A stretch of DNA of 64,000 bases from an uncultured Candidatus Saccharibacteria bacterium (GTDB taxonomy: Bacteria > Patescibacteriota > Saccharimonadia > Saccharimonadales > EFPC-124). Below are positions 52,781 to 61,958 of the stretch, one piece after another (position 1 is the stretch's first letter; each line of letters begins with the position of its first letter). The translations under genes and the position numbers were made by a program. The notes beneath the pieces were generated by a model that worked only from the letters and a program-made list of their open reading frames with translations, made no database searches and had not been told where the DNA came from. The stretch spans positions 2,378 to 66,377 of the forward strand of contig CBDDBE010000005.1 in NCBI GenBank assembly GCA_965225085.1. The letters are read 5' to 3'.

Positions 52781-54349
52781 TTAAGCTATCTCTACCTGAA
52801 CGCACAGGTCCGCGCCAGCAACGCTCGAGCCAACCTGGGCAATGTCGACGGTTAGATAGCTGCCGTCGGGCACGGCTGTAACGTCCATATTTGTTACCTT
52901 GCCAGAAGTGAACGCGCTAGCGGCAATCGCTGGACGGTTGGCCTGGGTGGTGAAGATAGTTGTGCCGCTTAGCTTGACGTCAACGATAATGGAGCTGCCT
53001 GTGGGCGCCGTGCCAACGCTAGAACGGACACCTTTGATGGTCCAGGTGGCGCCGGTGTCGTTGTACAGGCGGTGCACGCCAGCCTGTACGGCAAGCGTTC
53101 CAGTGCTGGAGAAACTTTGGATTTGGTTGACGGTAACACCGCCCCATGTAGCCGCTGAGCTACTAGTTGCGGTCAGCACCTGTCCACTCGCTGGCGTTCC
53201 ACTGACGGCTACGCCATTAACTTTGGCCACAGTTGGTCCGGGATAGGTTCCGCTTAGATCATTAGAGGCTGCGCCGGATGGCGGCAGGCTGGACGCTGGC
53301 GTTGCCCACCTCACGCCTGTAGCCTGCGTGGAATCGGCGGTGAGCACTTGGGCATCACTTCCTACTCCAACACGGGTAATCGTGCTGGCGGCCGTGGCGG
53401 CGAGCAGGTCGCCTTTGGTTGTGGCAGTGCTGGACTGTATGGCCCCTGTAATACGGGCATCATTACCAATAGCAACAGTACTGCTCGTCGTCCCGGTTGG
53501 AAGATTCGCAATAGGCACCTTGCTGCTACCATCAAGCGGCGCATAGCCGCTTGCTGCGCCTTTGTTGGTGGTCTGCTCAGCTCCCGTAATACGGGCATCA
53601 TTACCCTGCGCAACGGTACCGGCAATCACGCCAAAGCTAGCAGAGATGGTGCGGTTAGCGCTTAGGTCCCCACCGCCAGTGAGACCTGAGCCTGCGGTGA
53701 TGGTGGTGGAAGTGTTGGCTTTGGTGGCAAGGCCAGGAACAGTTGGCAACGCGGCCGTTCCGGCCAGATCACCCGCTAGCTGAACCTTACCCTTTAGCAG
53801 TGTCGTTGCGTCAGGCGTCGCGTTGGTCGTTATCTGGGTGTCGACGTAATTTTTGGTAGCAGCGTCCTGGGCAAGGGTCGGGTTGGCGACGTTAGTAGCT
53901 TTTTGGCTGTTGAGGCTGACACTGGCGGTCGGGGCGGCAACTTGGTCCAGACGGGGCATGGTGTGCACGTGGCCGGAGTCGGCAGCCTTGCCGATGCCGC
54001 CTGCCGCCTGAGTGCCAAGTGGTTGAATGTTGCCGGCGGCGCCATCTAGCACGACGCCGGAAGCGGGCGTGGTCCATGTAGTTGTCGATGCGCTAGAAGC
54101 AGTCAGCACTTGGTTTGCGACCGGGGACGAAGACGGAAGCGAGAGTCCGTTTAGCTTTATAACAGATGGTGCGTCAGCCGTGCCAGACAGGTCACCGGCC
54201 AACTGAACTTTGCCTTTTGATGTAGTCGTAGCATCGGCAACAGCACTCGATTTAAGCGTTCCGTCGGGGTTGTGGATGGTACTCAGGAAGTCATTTAATA
54301 CATCGCCCCAGATACCATCGTCACTATCGGGAATTGGTAGACGGGGCAC
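52781..54349 (-). CDS. Tail-fibre-like protein C: shared N-terminal module, one repeat module and a C-terminal beta-sandwich-like domain
   Basis: MPRLPIPDSDDGIWGDVLNDFLSTIHNPDGTLKSS. GKAADSGHVHTMPRLDQ module (53840-54193). KGKVQLAGDL(S/A)GTA occurs twice. No signal peptide. Confidence 0.7.
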   Translation of the reverse strand: MPRLPIPDSDDGIWGDVLNDFLSTIHNPDGTLKSSAVADATTTSKGKVQLAGDLSGTADAPSVIKLNGLSLPSSSPVANQVLTASSASTTTWTTPASGVVLDGAAGNIQPLGTQAAGGIGKAADSGHVHTMPRLDQVAAPTASVSLNSQKATNVANPTLAQDAATKNYVDTQITTNATPDATTLLKGKVQLAGDLAGTAALPTVPGLATKANTSTTITAGSGLTGGGDLSANRTISASFGVIAGTVAQGNDARITGAEQTTNKGAASGYAPLDGSSKVPIANLPTGTTSSTVAIGNDARITGAIQSSTATTKGDLLAATAASTITRVGVGSDAQVLTADSTQATGVRWATPASSLPPSGAASNDLSGTYPGPTVAKVNGVAVSGTPASGQVLTATSSSAATWGGVTVNQIQSFSSTGTLAVQAGVHRLYNDTGATWTIKGVRSSVGTAPTGSSIIVDVKLSGTTIFTTQANRPAIAASAFTSGKVTNMDVTAVPDGSYLTVDIAQVGSSVAGADLCVQVEIA

Positions 54350-54462
54350 TAGCGATTACCTCGGCATTGTTGTTGTGAGGCACCTAAGGACTGTGTGGTT
54401 GCACCAGAGCTCATACTTCTCCTATAACTATTGATTATTATCATAAAGCTTGAGGCTATTCA

Positions 54463-56298
54463 TTACAATATAATCTTTGCAGTTGTGCCGTGGTTTACCT
54501 GAGAGCTCACCGAGATATCGCCGCCCAGGTAAGTCATGATCAGCTTCGAAAGGTATAGCCCAAGCCCGATGCCGTCATGCCCCATCAGCATTGGGTCGTC
54601 GGCTTTGACAAATGGCTGGAAGAGCAACGGCTGCTTGTCTGTCGGGATGCCTGCGCCTTGATCGGCTATGGTCATGCTGCACGCGCCTTGACCGTCATTG
54701 GCGGCTGTTATGGTTACTTGTGCGCCTTCGGGGCTGTAGGCGACGGCGTTATCGAGCAACGACGTCACGACGTATGCTAGCAAGCTCGGCCCGCGACCAA
54801 CCAGCTCGACTTCGGGAGGATAGTTGAGCGATACGTGTTTTGCCTGCATATTTTGCGCTATGGGCTGTATGGCGCGGTCGATGATGGATTTTGCGGTGAA
54901 CGCTTCGAACAGTGATTGGTCCTTACCGATAGCTAATTGCTGGGCGACGCCAAATTTGTCGATCAGCGCCCGTAGTCGATGATAGCCGTCGCGGAACAGC
55001 GTAGCGGGCTGGCCGTCGCCTAGGCTGCTTAGCTGCATGCCGAGCGGCTGCAAAACTGGTTGCAAGCTAGCAAGGCTTTGGCGGATGAGTTCGTTGCGAT
55101 GCTGGTCGATGTCGGCCTGCTCTCGTCGGCCTTGCTCGAGGCGTTGTCGCTCACGGCTGCGCAGTGTGCGTTCGCGAAGGAGCATATACAGGAGCACGGA
55201 CAGAATGACAAAGATGATAACCTGGGCAATTACGTTTATTGCCGTAACGCTGAGTGTACCCGCCAACGCCACCATGAGGTCAAAGCCAAAGGCAACGAGC
55301 CCCAGGACAAGCACTGTGCCAATAAATCCGGGTCGCAACCACATAGCACGCGATTTGCCCGTAGGCGTGTTGGCTCCGGTAACGGCGGAGGGTGCGCCCG
55401 TTACTCGTTGCAGGACTTGTTCGATCGCCTGATGTACCGCAGCGACAGGGTCCTTTAGGGCCAGCCAGGCTGGTGAGGGCGTTTGTATGATAGCCAGCCC
55501 CAGCGCGCCGTCCATGACGCTCGATGGTGTGCGCAAATAGTGGGAAGCTGTATCTATGAACGTTTGTTTCTGCTCGGCCAAAGCCTTGTCACGTTCAAGC
55601 GCTCTGCGCAGTGCTGCCAGCTCGGCTGCTTCGCGCCATGTTTGGATCAAGAGCAGCAACAGCACAATGGCCAGCAGCGCAAACAAGAAGTAGGGGAAGA
55701 TGTAAGCAATCGGTGCCGGAATAGTTCCAATAAAGCGTAACAGGGCGCTAACGGCTGCCTGCCAAAAGCCTTCTGGCTCGATCGATTGAAGCGGCAGCGG
55801 TGTTGGCTGCGGTGGAGTGGCGGTCGTATGCTGGACGGCTAGGGTAAACGTGCGCGTGATAGGATTGCCACTGACGGGGTAAATGATTACCTCTACCTTC
55901 GTGCCTGGTTGGGTTTCGGGGTTCCACTGCCAGCTGTACGTATCGCTGGTGTCGTGCTGGCTGGTTTGTACAAGTGCACCATCCAGGTAAAATTCTACCT
56001 TCGATACGTTTTGGCCGGTATCGTGCAGAATTGTCACGATGACCGTTGTGCCGTTGGCGGGTATGGTCTGACCATCCGTCAGGTTAATGGCATAGTCGAC
56101 CGTGGGGGTGCTAACAATGGTCTGTGGCTGGGTGGCGGCAGGTGGACAACCAGTCTGGTAGACACATGAATTGTATGTGCCCTGGCCGTAGCCGAGCGCT
56201 TCGGCGCGCAAGGGAATGCTCATGACACTCAAGGCACCAACCAAGAGCACGAGCATTCCCAATCCCCTAGCAACTAGTGTGTGACTGCGCAGTCGCAT
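54463..56298 (-). CDS. Sensor histidine kinase with an extracellular Ig-like domain (no adjacent response regulator)
   Basis: H-box FIDTASHYLRTPSS. HATPase LLDNAVAYSP..DQGAGIP..GIGLGLYLSKLIM. Start taken at MRLRSHTLVA (56298). Confidence 0.8.
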   Translation of the reverse strand: MRLRSHTLVARGLGMLVLLVGALSVMSIPLRAEALGYGQGTYNSCVYQTGCPPAATQPQTIVSTPTVDYAINLTDGQTIPANGTTVIVTILHDTGQNVSKVEFYLDGALVQTSQHDTSDTYSWQWNPETQPGTKVEVIIYPVSGNPITRTFTLAVQHTTATPPQPTPLPLQSIEPEGFWQAAVSALLRFIGTIPAPIAYIFPYFLFALLAIVLLLLLIQTWREAAELAALRRALERDKALAEQKQTFIDTASHYLRTPSSVMDGALGLAIIQTPSPAWLALKDPVAAVHQAIEQVLQRVTGAPSAVTGANTPTGKSRAMWLRPGFIGTVLVLGLVAFGFDLMVALAGTLSVTAINVIAQVIIFVILSVLLYMLLRERTLRSRERQRLEQGRREQADIDQHRNELIRQSLASLQPVLQPLGMQLSSLGDGQPATLFRDGYHRLRALIDKFGVAQQLAIGKDQSLFEAFTAKSIIDRAIQPIAQNMQAKHVSLNYPPEVELVGRGPSLLAYVVTSLLDNAVAYSPEGAQVTITAANDGQGACSMTIADQGAGIPTDKQPLLFQPFVKADDPMLMGHDGIGLGLYLSKLIMTYLGGDISVSSQVNHGTTAKIIL

Positions 56299-56368
56299 AT
56301 ATGTAAGCAGTATAGCAATATATAAGCACGAGCAATACCACAAAATGCCGTTTAGCGCCGTGCCCGAC

Positions 56369-57061
56369 TTATAGCGTAAAGGCTAATTTTTCAACTGGAC
56401 CGGAAAGCGATTGCTTCGTTGCTTGACTGAAGTCGTCAAAGACAACTTCGCTTTGGCCAGATTCCAATCCATTTAGTGCTGCCTTGGCTACGTCGCGTGG
56501 GTCGTGCTTGGGCATGTCGAGTTCGCGAACCATGTCAGTGTCGATTGGCCCGACATGTAGGCCTAACACATGCGTATTCTGGCCCTTTAGCTCTTGGCGA
56601 AGAGAGTTCGTGACCGACCACAGGGCTGCCTTGGTCGCGCCATAGGTTCCAAATGGCAGCCATGATGCGACCGACAATACTTCGATGATCGCACCGCCAC
56701 CGTTGTTCTTGAGGATGCGCGCCATCACCTGTGCTACTTCAATCGGGCCCAGGACGTTTGTCTCGAACTCGTCACGCGTTTTCTCAATGTCGGTACCCAG
56801 GATGCTTGTTTGCAGGAAGACGCCAGCGTTGCTAATCAGGATATCGACATCGGGAACGAGCTCGTTTAGTCTTTTGATTGAGGCAGCGTCTTTGACGTCC
56901 AGGATGATATTTACGACACGCCCGTCGCCAAAGTCATGTGGCTGGCGCGATGTGGCGTAGACCTTTATTGCGCCTTTATCGAGCAACTCTTGCACAAAGG
57001 CCAGTCCTAGGCCCCGGTTTGCGCCTGTTACCAGCGCGATTTTGTTTTGTATTTGTATCAT
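56369..57061 (-). CDS. Short-chain dehydrogenase/reductase (SDR)
   Basis: KIALVTGANRGLGLAF (TGxxxGxG), NAGV, YGATKAAL (YxxxK). Confidence 0.85.
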   Translation of the reverse strand: MIQIQNKIALVTGANRGLGLAFVQELLDKGAIKVYATSRQPHDFGDGRVVNIILDVKDAASIKRLNELVPDVDILISNAGVFLQTSILGTDIEKTRDEFETNVLGPIEVAQVMARILKNNGGGAIIEVLSVASWLPFGTYGATKAALWSVTNSLRQELKGQNTHVLGLHVGPIDTDMVRELDMPKHDPRDVAKAALNGLESGQSEVVFDDFSQATKQSLSGPVEKLAFTL

Positions 57062-57099
57062 GTACGTTACCCCTTAGTTATGTGCTGCATGTACAAGAG

Positions 57100-57124
57100 T
57101 ACACAGATCTGTTTACTTTTGCAA
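57100..57124 (-). promoter_or_regulatory. Promoter-operator cassette, copy 2 (identical 25-mer with the ACAGATCTGT palindrome) upstream of the SDR gene
   Basis: tacacagatctgtttacttttgcaa is identical to 37985-38009. On the minus strand it reads TTGCAA-17-TACTCT, 39 nt upstream of the SDR start. Confidence 0.55.
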
Positions 57125-57300
57125 ATAATTTGAGCTATCTATATCGGAGTACGCTTTGAAGGTGCACGGAAGCTATTTAGCGACCTAAGGGTTTGGCAGA
57201 GGAACTTCAGAAGTTGTTTTAAAGCGCTGATATCTCGTTGGTGAGTCTGACTGGGCTAGCTTTTTCGAACAGAAGTAGGACGAGCCTGTATAATAAAGCC

Positions 57301-57837
57301 ATGCAATATGCGATGTTCTTGCGAGGTATAAATGTCGGCGGAATCCGTGTGCCGATGAACGATTTAAAAGCGTTCTTGAGCCAACTAGGGCTTGAGAATA
57401 TTACGACGTATTTACAAACAGGTAATGTGGGTTTTGAATCACCCAAGCCGATTACTGAACTGAAGCCGATGATCGAGGCGGCATTGACCGAACAGTTTCA
57501 TTACGATGCGCATGTATTGATCTTCCCGGCTGTCGCAGTGAGCGATGTCGTTCGGGGCTATCCCTTTGCGGCAGATGATATTCATCACCGCTATGCGATA
57601 TTTTGTTCTTCGCAAGCGGTTAGTGATGAGCTAATGGCTCACAAGCCCGAGCTCGATGCGGCTGTCGAGGATATCGCAGCCGGCGTTCACGTGTTGTATT
57701 GGCGAGTACTCAAAGGCAGCACAACAGAGTCGGCCTTTGGCAAGATATTGGCCAGGCCCAGATACAAGGCAACCACCACGAACCGCAACATAAATACTCT
57801 AGAAAAGTTTGTTGCAAATTTGGTGCGGTTAGCCTAA
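57301..57837 (+). CDS. DUF1697 family protein
   Basis: MQYAMFLRGINVGGIRVPMNDLKAFLSQLGLENITTYLQTGNVGFES. Confidence 0.75.
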   Translation: MQYAMFLRGINVGGIRVPMNDLKAFLSQLGLENITTYLQTGNVGFESPKPITELKPMIEAALTEQFHYDAHVLIFPAVAVSDVVRGYPFAADDIHHRYAIFCSSQAVSDELMAHKPELDAAVEDIAAGVHVLYWRVLKGSTTESAFGKILARPRYKATTTNRNINTLEKFVANLVRLA

Positions 57838-57858
57838 AGCTGACGACGCTCGCGGCTG

Positions 57859-59232
57859 CTAATGTGTTGCGGTATTCGATACCGGAACGCTTGCGCCTTC
57901 GCCTCGGTCGTAGTTCAGCGCCTTGTCACTAAAGCCCGAAACCTGCGCGGCAGTTTTGCCAGGGAAAACCTCGACGCGCAGCTTGCTGTCGCTGACAAGT
58001 TGGAGTAGGATAACGCCCTTGACTGAGGTATTGTTGACTACTTTGATGTCTTTTTGGAATGCGCCTTGCCAGAGCGTGCCATCAGGGTTTTGAAGCTCTT
58101 GCTGGACCAGCTCGTATTTGACGGGGCCGGAAGCTTGCGTAATGGTGGAGGGGTCAGGCGCGTAGCCTCTGATGCCGAATTGTTCGGCGTCACCCCTGGA
58201 CGCAAAGCTGCCAATGGACACGACGTATATCTTGGGGTCAATATAGTTCGGCGCGATGGCCAAGTGCCCCGCCCAGTAATTTTGCACGCCCTTGTTTTTG
58301 CCGCCTTCGTAGCCATTTGTGTCCGTCTGGAACCAGCTGCCGACCAGCTTTCCTGCTTGGTCGTAGTCGATTTTGCCGTCGATGGGCTCGGCTGTGCGGA
58401 TATATTTAGCCAGGACTTGTTGTTTGATGCTGCTGGCAAAGAATTTCGATGGCGGCGCGGTAAAGACTTTCCACGGTTCGGCGCTGTCGTATGCCGGGCG
58501 AAGTAGTAGCCCAGGAAGGGGCTTCTGCGTCAGATCCCAAACAGCGAAGTCCAGTGTTTGGCCGCCGATATGGCCGATGACGTCGCCTTGTTTTACCGGA
58601 ATGTTCAGGCCGCTGTTGCCCAGGGTTTGCGGCGTCCAGCCAACTGGCAGTTTGGCCTTAAGTGAATCATCGAGGCTAGTCACCAGGTCGACGTACGTCA
58701 TGAAGCTGCAGCTATGCGCAATAACAATCCGGTATTCGTCGCTTGATGGTACGTCGACCGAATGAAGCGGCGTATTGACCTGGCTGCCGCGGTGTTCGAT
58801 GCTGACAATTCGCCCATCAATCGGCACCACGACGTCATACGTGTCGCGCAGTGCCTTTGGGTCGGTGCCGATGTAGTACTGATGGTCAACAGGGGTAACG
58901 TGGCCGCCAACCATCAGGCCGTAGGGCTGGATCGAATTGATTTGGTCGAGCTTCATCGGCGGAATAATTGTGCCGGAACCACTGCCTGCGCAGTTGCCGT
59001 GGGAAAGATTTTGCGCTGCTTGCTGATCGTAACTGGAGGTTGCTGGGGCGGGCTGTTGCGACGCTTGCTGCTTTGGTGCGGTTTGACGGGTGATCATGGT
59101 CATAACCACACCAGCCGCAACAATCACGACAAGCCCCGCAAGGCCAAGGATGAGCAGCTTCTTACGACGTTTCGAATTAGGAGGGGTTGATATTATCGGC
59201 GACTCGTTCTTAGGCGATTCAATATCGTTCAT
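57859..59232 (-). CDS. Membrane-anchored secreted protein with a weak LytM/M23-like signature
   Basis: TM LLILGLAGLVVIVAAGVVMTMI; GGHVTPVDHQYY (HxxxD-like) and GDVIGHIGGQTLDFAVWD. No HxH motif seen. Confidence 0.45.
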   Translation of the reverse strand: MNDIESPKNESPIISTPPNSKRRKKLLILGLAGLVVIVAAGVVMTMITRQTAPKQQASQQPAPATSSYDQQAAQNLSHGNCAGSGSGTIIPPMKLDQINSIQPYGLMVGGHVTPVDHQYYIGTDPKALRDTYDVVVPIDGRIVSIEHRGSQVNTPLHSVDVPSSDEYRIVIAHSCSFMTYVDLVTSLDDSLKAKLPVGWTPQTLGNSGLNIPVKQGDVIGHIGGQTLDFAVWDLTQKPLPGLLLRPAYDSAEPWKVFTAPPSKFFASSIKQQVLAKYIRTAEPIDGKIDYDQAGKLVGSWFQTDTNGYEGGKNKGVQNYWAGHLAIAPNYIDPKIYVVSIGSFASRGDAEQFGIRGYAPDPSTITQASGPVKYELVQQELQNPDGTLWQGAFQKDIKVVNNTSVKGVILLQLVSDSKLRVEVFPGKTAAQVSGFSDKALNYDRGEGASVPVSNTATH

Positions 59233-59278
59233 ATAGCATTAGCATAGCCCAGCTAGCCGACGATTACCATAGGCTGGT

Positions 59279-59482
59279 CTATATATGGAGAGCCGTAAAT
59301 CCGTGGTAAATCAAGAACGCTGGCCATACGATTGCCTTGATGAGCGCCCAGATGAATCCCCAGAAATGTGGTTGCTGGCTGTAGAAGTAGACCACTGCGC
59401 CGACGTACGCCATAAAAAATGCGAAACTACTCGGCCCGTGCTCGTTTGTCACTTTGATAAATGCGTTTTCACTCTTTGCCAT
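59279..59482 (-). CDS. Small membrane protein (67 aa)
   Basis: Two hydrophobic segments; ORF track. Confidence 0.4.
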   Translation of the reverse strand: MAKSENAFIKVTNEHGPSSFAFFMAYVGAVVYFYSQQPHFWGFIWALIKAIVWPAFLIYHGFTALHI

Positions 59483-59519
59483 TAGTGCCTCCTACCACAA
59501 TAGTAGCACGGCGTAAGTA

Positions 59520-60542
59520 TTAGGCATTAACCGCTTGCGTCCGGGGTTTTGGCAAGGGTTTCCTGGCAACCACGCCAACAAAATGCGGGTCTACGACGCG
59601 AGGATAGCTGGCGAGGTCAACGCCGTCATCGAATAACCACTTGTCGTTCTGTGGCACCCATGACGGTTCAATGGTGAGGATGTCGAAGCCTAGCCGTTCA
59701 AGCTCGTCGCGTAAGAGCTTCTGCAGATCGTTAGCTCTGGCCTGTTTGTACGCCGCCTCCTCTGGTTCGCCATCCTTGGCGTCATACCCGATAGGCTTTT
59801 CGTATAGTAACAGATGCCCACCGGGTTCGAGCACTCGGTGTATGTTCGCGAGGAGCGGTGAAATTGGGGTGTCATCGGCCGGCCAGTGCTCGTCCCAACG
59901 CCCACTGCGACCTATCCAGTCGAAGAGCATGCTGGTCTGCACGAACGACATACTGTCGCTGGCGATCGGCATGTGCAGCCCATCGCCGCGCACAAATACA
60001 CCATGGCGGGCTTTGTCCGCTCCACCAATCGGGTCGATGATAAAGGCGTTTTCTGCACCGTATAGACGGCGACTCATTTGCTCGAATGTTCGGGCCGAGA
60101 GTGCATGGTGAACACCGATGAGTAGCGAGTTCTTTGGATGATCCCTCGCAGGTTCGTCCTCGATGGCCTCTTTGATGTAGCTCTCGTACAGATACTGATA
60201 AAACGGCCAACTTCGCAGCAGGTTATAGTGTTTCATACCCTCGCCCTCAAAGATTTGCTCCAGCGCCATCAGGCTGACCTTTCGGCCATGGTCGTTCGCT
60301 GGGATAAGAGGATAGAGCTCGTACTGGTCGCGTGCCATGTGTGCTGCTAGCTCTTCGGTTAGGCTTTCGTATGTTCGATCTTCGCCGGTTAGTGTTTTGT
60401 GTGCGGTGACGATGGCCGTCTGTGGATCACCTGGATCGAGCACTTCGAGCACCAGGCGGCCTATTGTGCGGCTGCGTTCCCTGGAAAGGGTAGGCTCGTG
60501 TTCGGCAAGTGGTGCTGTTGGGAATTCGGGTGAATGGGTCAT
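59520..60542 (-). CDS. Putative class I SAM-dependent methyltransferase-like protein
   Basis: FIIDPIGGAD.., DGLHMPIASDSMSFVQTSMLFDWI, VLEPGGHLLLYE; weak motif-level match. Confidence 0.45.
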   Translation of the reverse strand: MTHSPEFPTAPLAEHEPTLSRERSRTIGRLVLEVLDPGDPQTAIVTAHKTLTGEDRTYESLTEELAAHMARDQYELYPLIPANDHGRKVSLMALEQIFEGEGMKHYNLLRSWPFYQYLYESYIKEAIEDEPARDHPKNSLLIGVHHALSARTFEQMSRRLYGAENAFIIDPIGGADKARHGVFVRGDGLHMPIASDSMSFVQTSMLFDWIGRSGRWDEHWPADDTPISPLLANIHRVLEPGGHLLLYEKPIGYDAKDGEPEEAAYKQARANDLQKLLRDELERLGFDILTIEPSWVPQNDKWLFDDGVDLASYPRVVDPHFVGVVARKPLPKPRTQAVNA

Positions 60543-60663
60543 AAGGAATTGAAGGCAGTCAGTTTAATTAATTGGCAAACCTCAGTATTTTATCACGTAG
60601 AAGGTGGCAATGTTGACAAAATGTGTAGATTTTGATAATATGTGCATATACACCTATTTTGTT

Positions 60664-61068
60664 ATGACACAGTCAACCTTTACTAAACAAGACATTCTGG
60701 ATATGCACAGCGCCTGTGCCTGTTTGCAATCGCGTCGCAAAGCGCGGTCGCTGACACAGGAGTACGATCGAATTTTGGCTCCGTCGGGACTCAAGCTGAC
60801 GCAGTTTAGTCTGGTATCGATCTTGCTGGCTGGGCCGTTGACGATTGGTGAGCTTGCGGAGGCGGTCGAGATTGATCGAACCACGCTTACGCGCGGGCTT
60901 ATGCCGCTGGAGCGTGATGGTTATATCACGCTGGAGGACGGCCCCCAGGACGCTCGCCAGCGTATCGCGACGTTAACGACAAAGGGTGTGCATCTGACGA
61001 GGCAGGCGCTTGAACTCTGGAAGAAAGCTCAAGGGCTTTACGCTCCCGAAAGAAAAGCAGTAATATGA
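60664..61068 (+). CDS. MarR-family transcriptional regulator
   Basis: LTQFSLVSILLAGPLTIGELAEAVEIDRTTLTRGLMPLERDGYITLEDGPQDARQRIATLTTKG. Confidence 0.8.
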   Translation: MTQSTFTKQDILDMHSACACLQSRRKARSLTQEYDRILAPSGLKLTQFSLVSILLAGPLTIGELAEAVEIDRTTLTRGLMPLERDGYITLEDGPQDARQRIATLTTKGVHLTRQALELWKKAQGLYAPERKAVI

Positions 61069-61086
61069 ACGTAAGGAGATAAAATT

Positions 61087-61569
61087 ATGGAAGCAATATA
61101 TTTTGGCACAAGCGCCGCATTTGGACTCGTTGCCTGGTTTACAATTTTTGCCACGTATGTGTGGCCAACAATGCAGAAGCGACCCTCAGTGGAGCGGCTC
61201 AAGATACTCACGACAGTTCACTTTTTCCGCTACTTTGGCCTGTCATTCCTAATAACTGGGCTGGTTGTGCATAAGCTGCCTGCTACGTTTGCTATTCCGG
61301 CCGCATTTGGTGATTTGACTGTTGCTGTGTTGGCATACATCACATTTGTCGGGTTGCAGCGCTCGCAGAAGCCCAGCATGGCCATGGCCTGGATTCTTAA
61401 TATTCTCGGGACGGTCGATCTGCTATATGGAGCCATCGTAGGCCCAACTGTCATCAAGGACATCGGCGATTTTGGCCTAACGTATATTATCCCGACGGTG
61501 TATGTGCCGCTGCTGTTTGCTGCGCATTTCTACGCCTTCAAGACGCTGCTGCAGCGCACTAGCAAATAG
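61087..61569 (+). CDS. Integral membrane protein (160 aa, about 4 TM)
   Basis: Hydrophobic ORF 19 nt after marR. Confidence 0.5.
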   Translation: MEAIYFGTSAAFGLVAWFTIFATYVWPTMQKRPSVERLKILTTVHFFRYFGLSFLITGLVVHKLPATFAIPAAFGDLTVAVLAYITFVGLQRSQKPSMAMAWILNILGTVDLLYGAIVGPTVIKDIGDFGLTYIIPTVYVPLLFAAHFYAFKTLLQRTSK

Positions 61570-61645
61570 AGTCAAAGCTATATTAGAATAGAGTCTAGGG
61601 CGTATGCCATGAGGGCAAGCGCCGGTCGAGAGAAGGCAGTCTGGG

Positions 61646-61876
61646 ATGGCGATCACTGAAGTCATGCCGCACATTGACATGTCGGGCGGCACTGCTCAGC
61701 AGGCGGGTGGGGACAAGAGCCCTGTGATGGCCTACGGGCCGTGCAGGCTCAAGTCTCTGTGCGGTTGCACCTATTTTCATGCTGAAGGGGTTATGTACCC
61801 CGAGCCGACCACTAGGTGCGAGACGGCAGGGTGCAGGCACACCTTCGAACAGCATGCCTCGGCGAGTGAGCTCTGA
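61646..61876 (+). CDS. Cys/His-rich small hypothetical protein (76 aa)
   Basis: ORF track only; CRLKSLCGC..CETAGCRH. Confidence 0.3.
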   Translation: MAITEVMPHIDMSGGTAQQAGGDKSPVMAYGPCRLKSLCGCTYFHAEGVMYPEPTTRCETAGCRHTFEQHASASEL

Positions 61877-61958
61877 GTCGCGCTCCCGGCGTAGCTAGGC
61901 ACGCCGATGGCCTCGTTCCAACTGATTTGTCGTTGGGGCGAGGCCGCCTACATATCGA

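Noticed and set aside
44737-54349. Simple intact-prophage interpretation of the tail-fibre-like region
   Set aside because: No capsid, portal, terminase, tube, sheath, baseplate, integrase, lysis or att-like repeats occur in the window. AraC, VOC, YdeI and kinase genes are interspersed. A degraded prophage remnant cannot be excluded.
44737-54349. Diversity-generating retroelement targeting the lectin-like C-termini
   Set aside because: No reverse transcriptase ORF and no template/variable repeat pair with A-specific mismatches was found. The internal repeats are module duplications.
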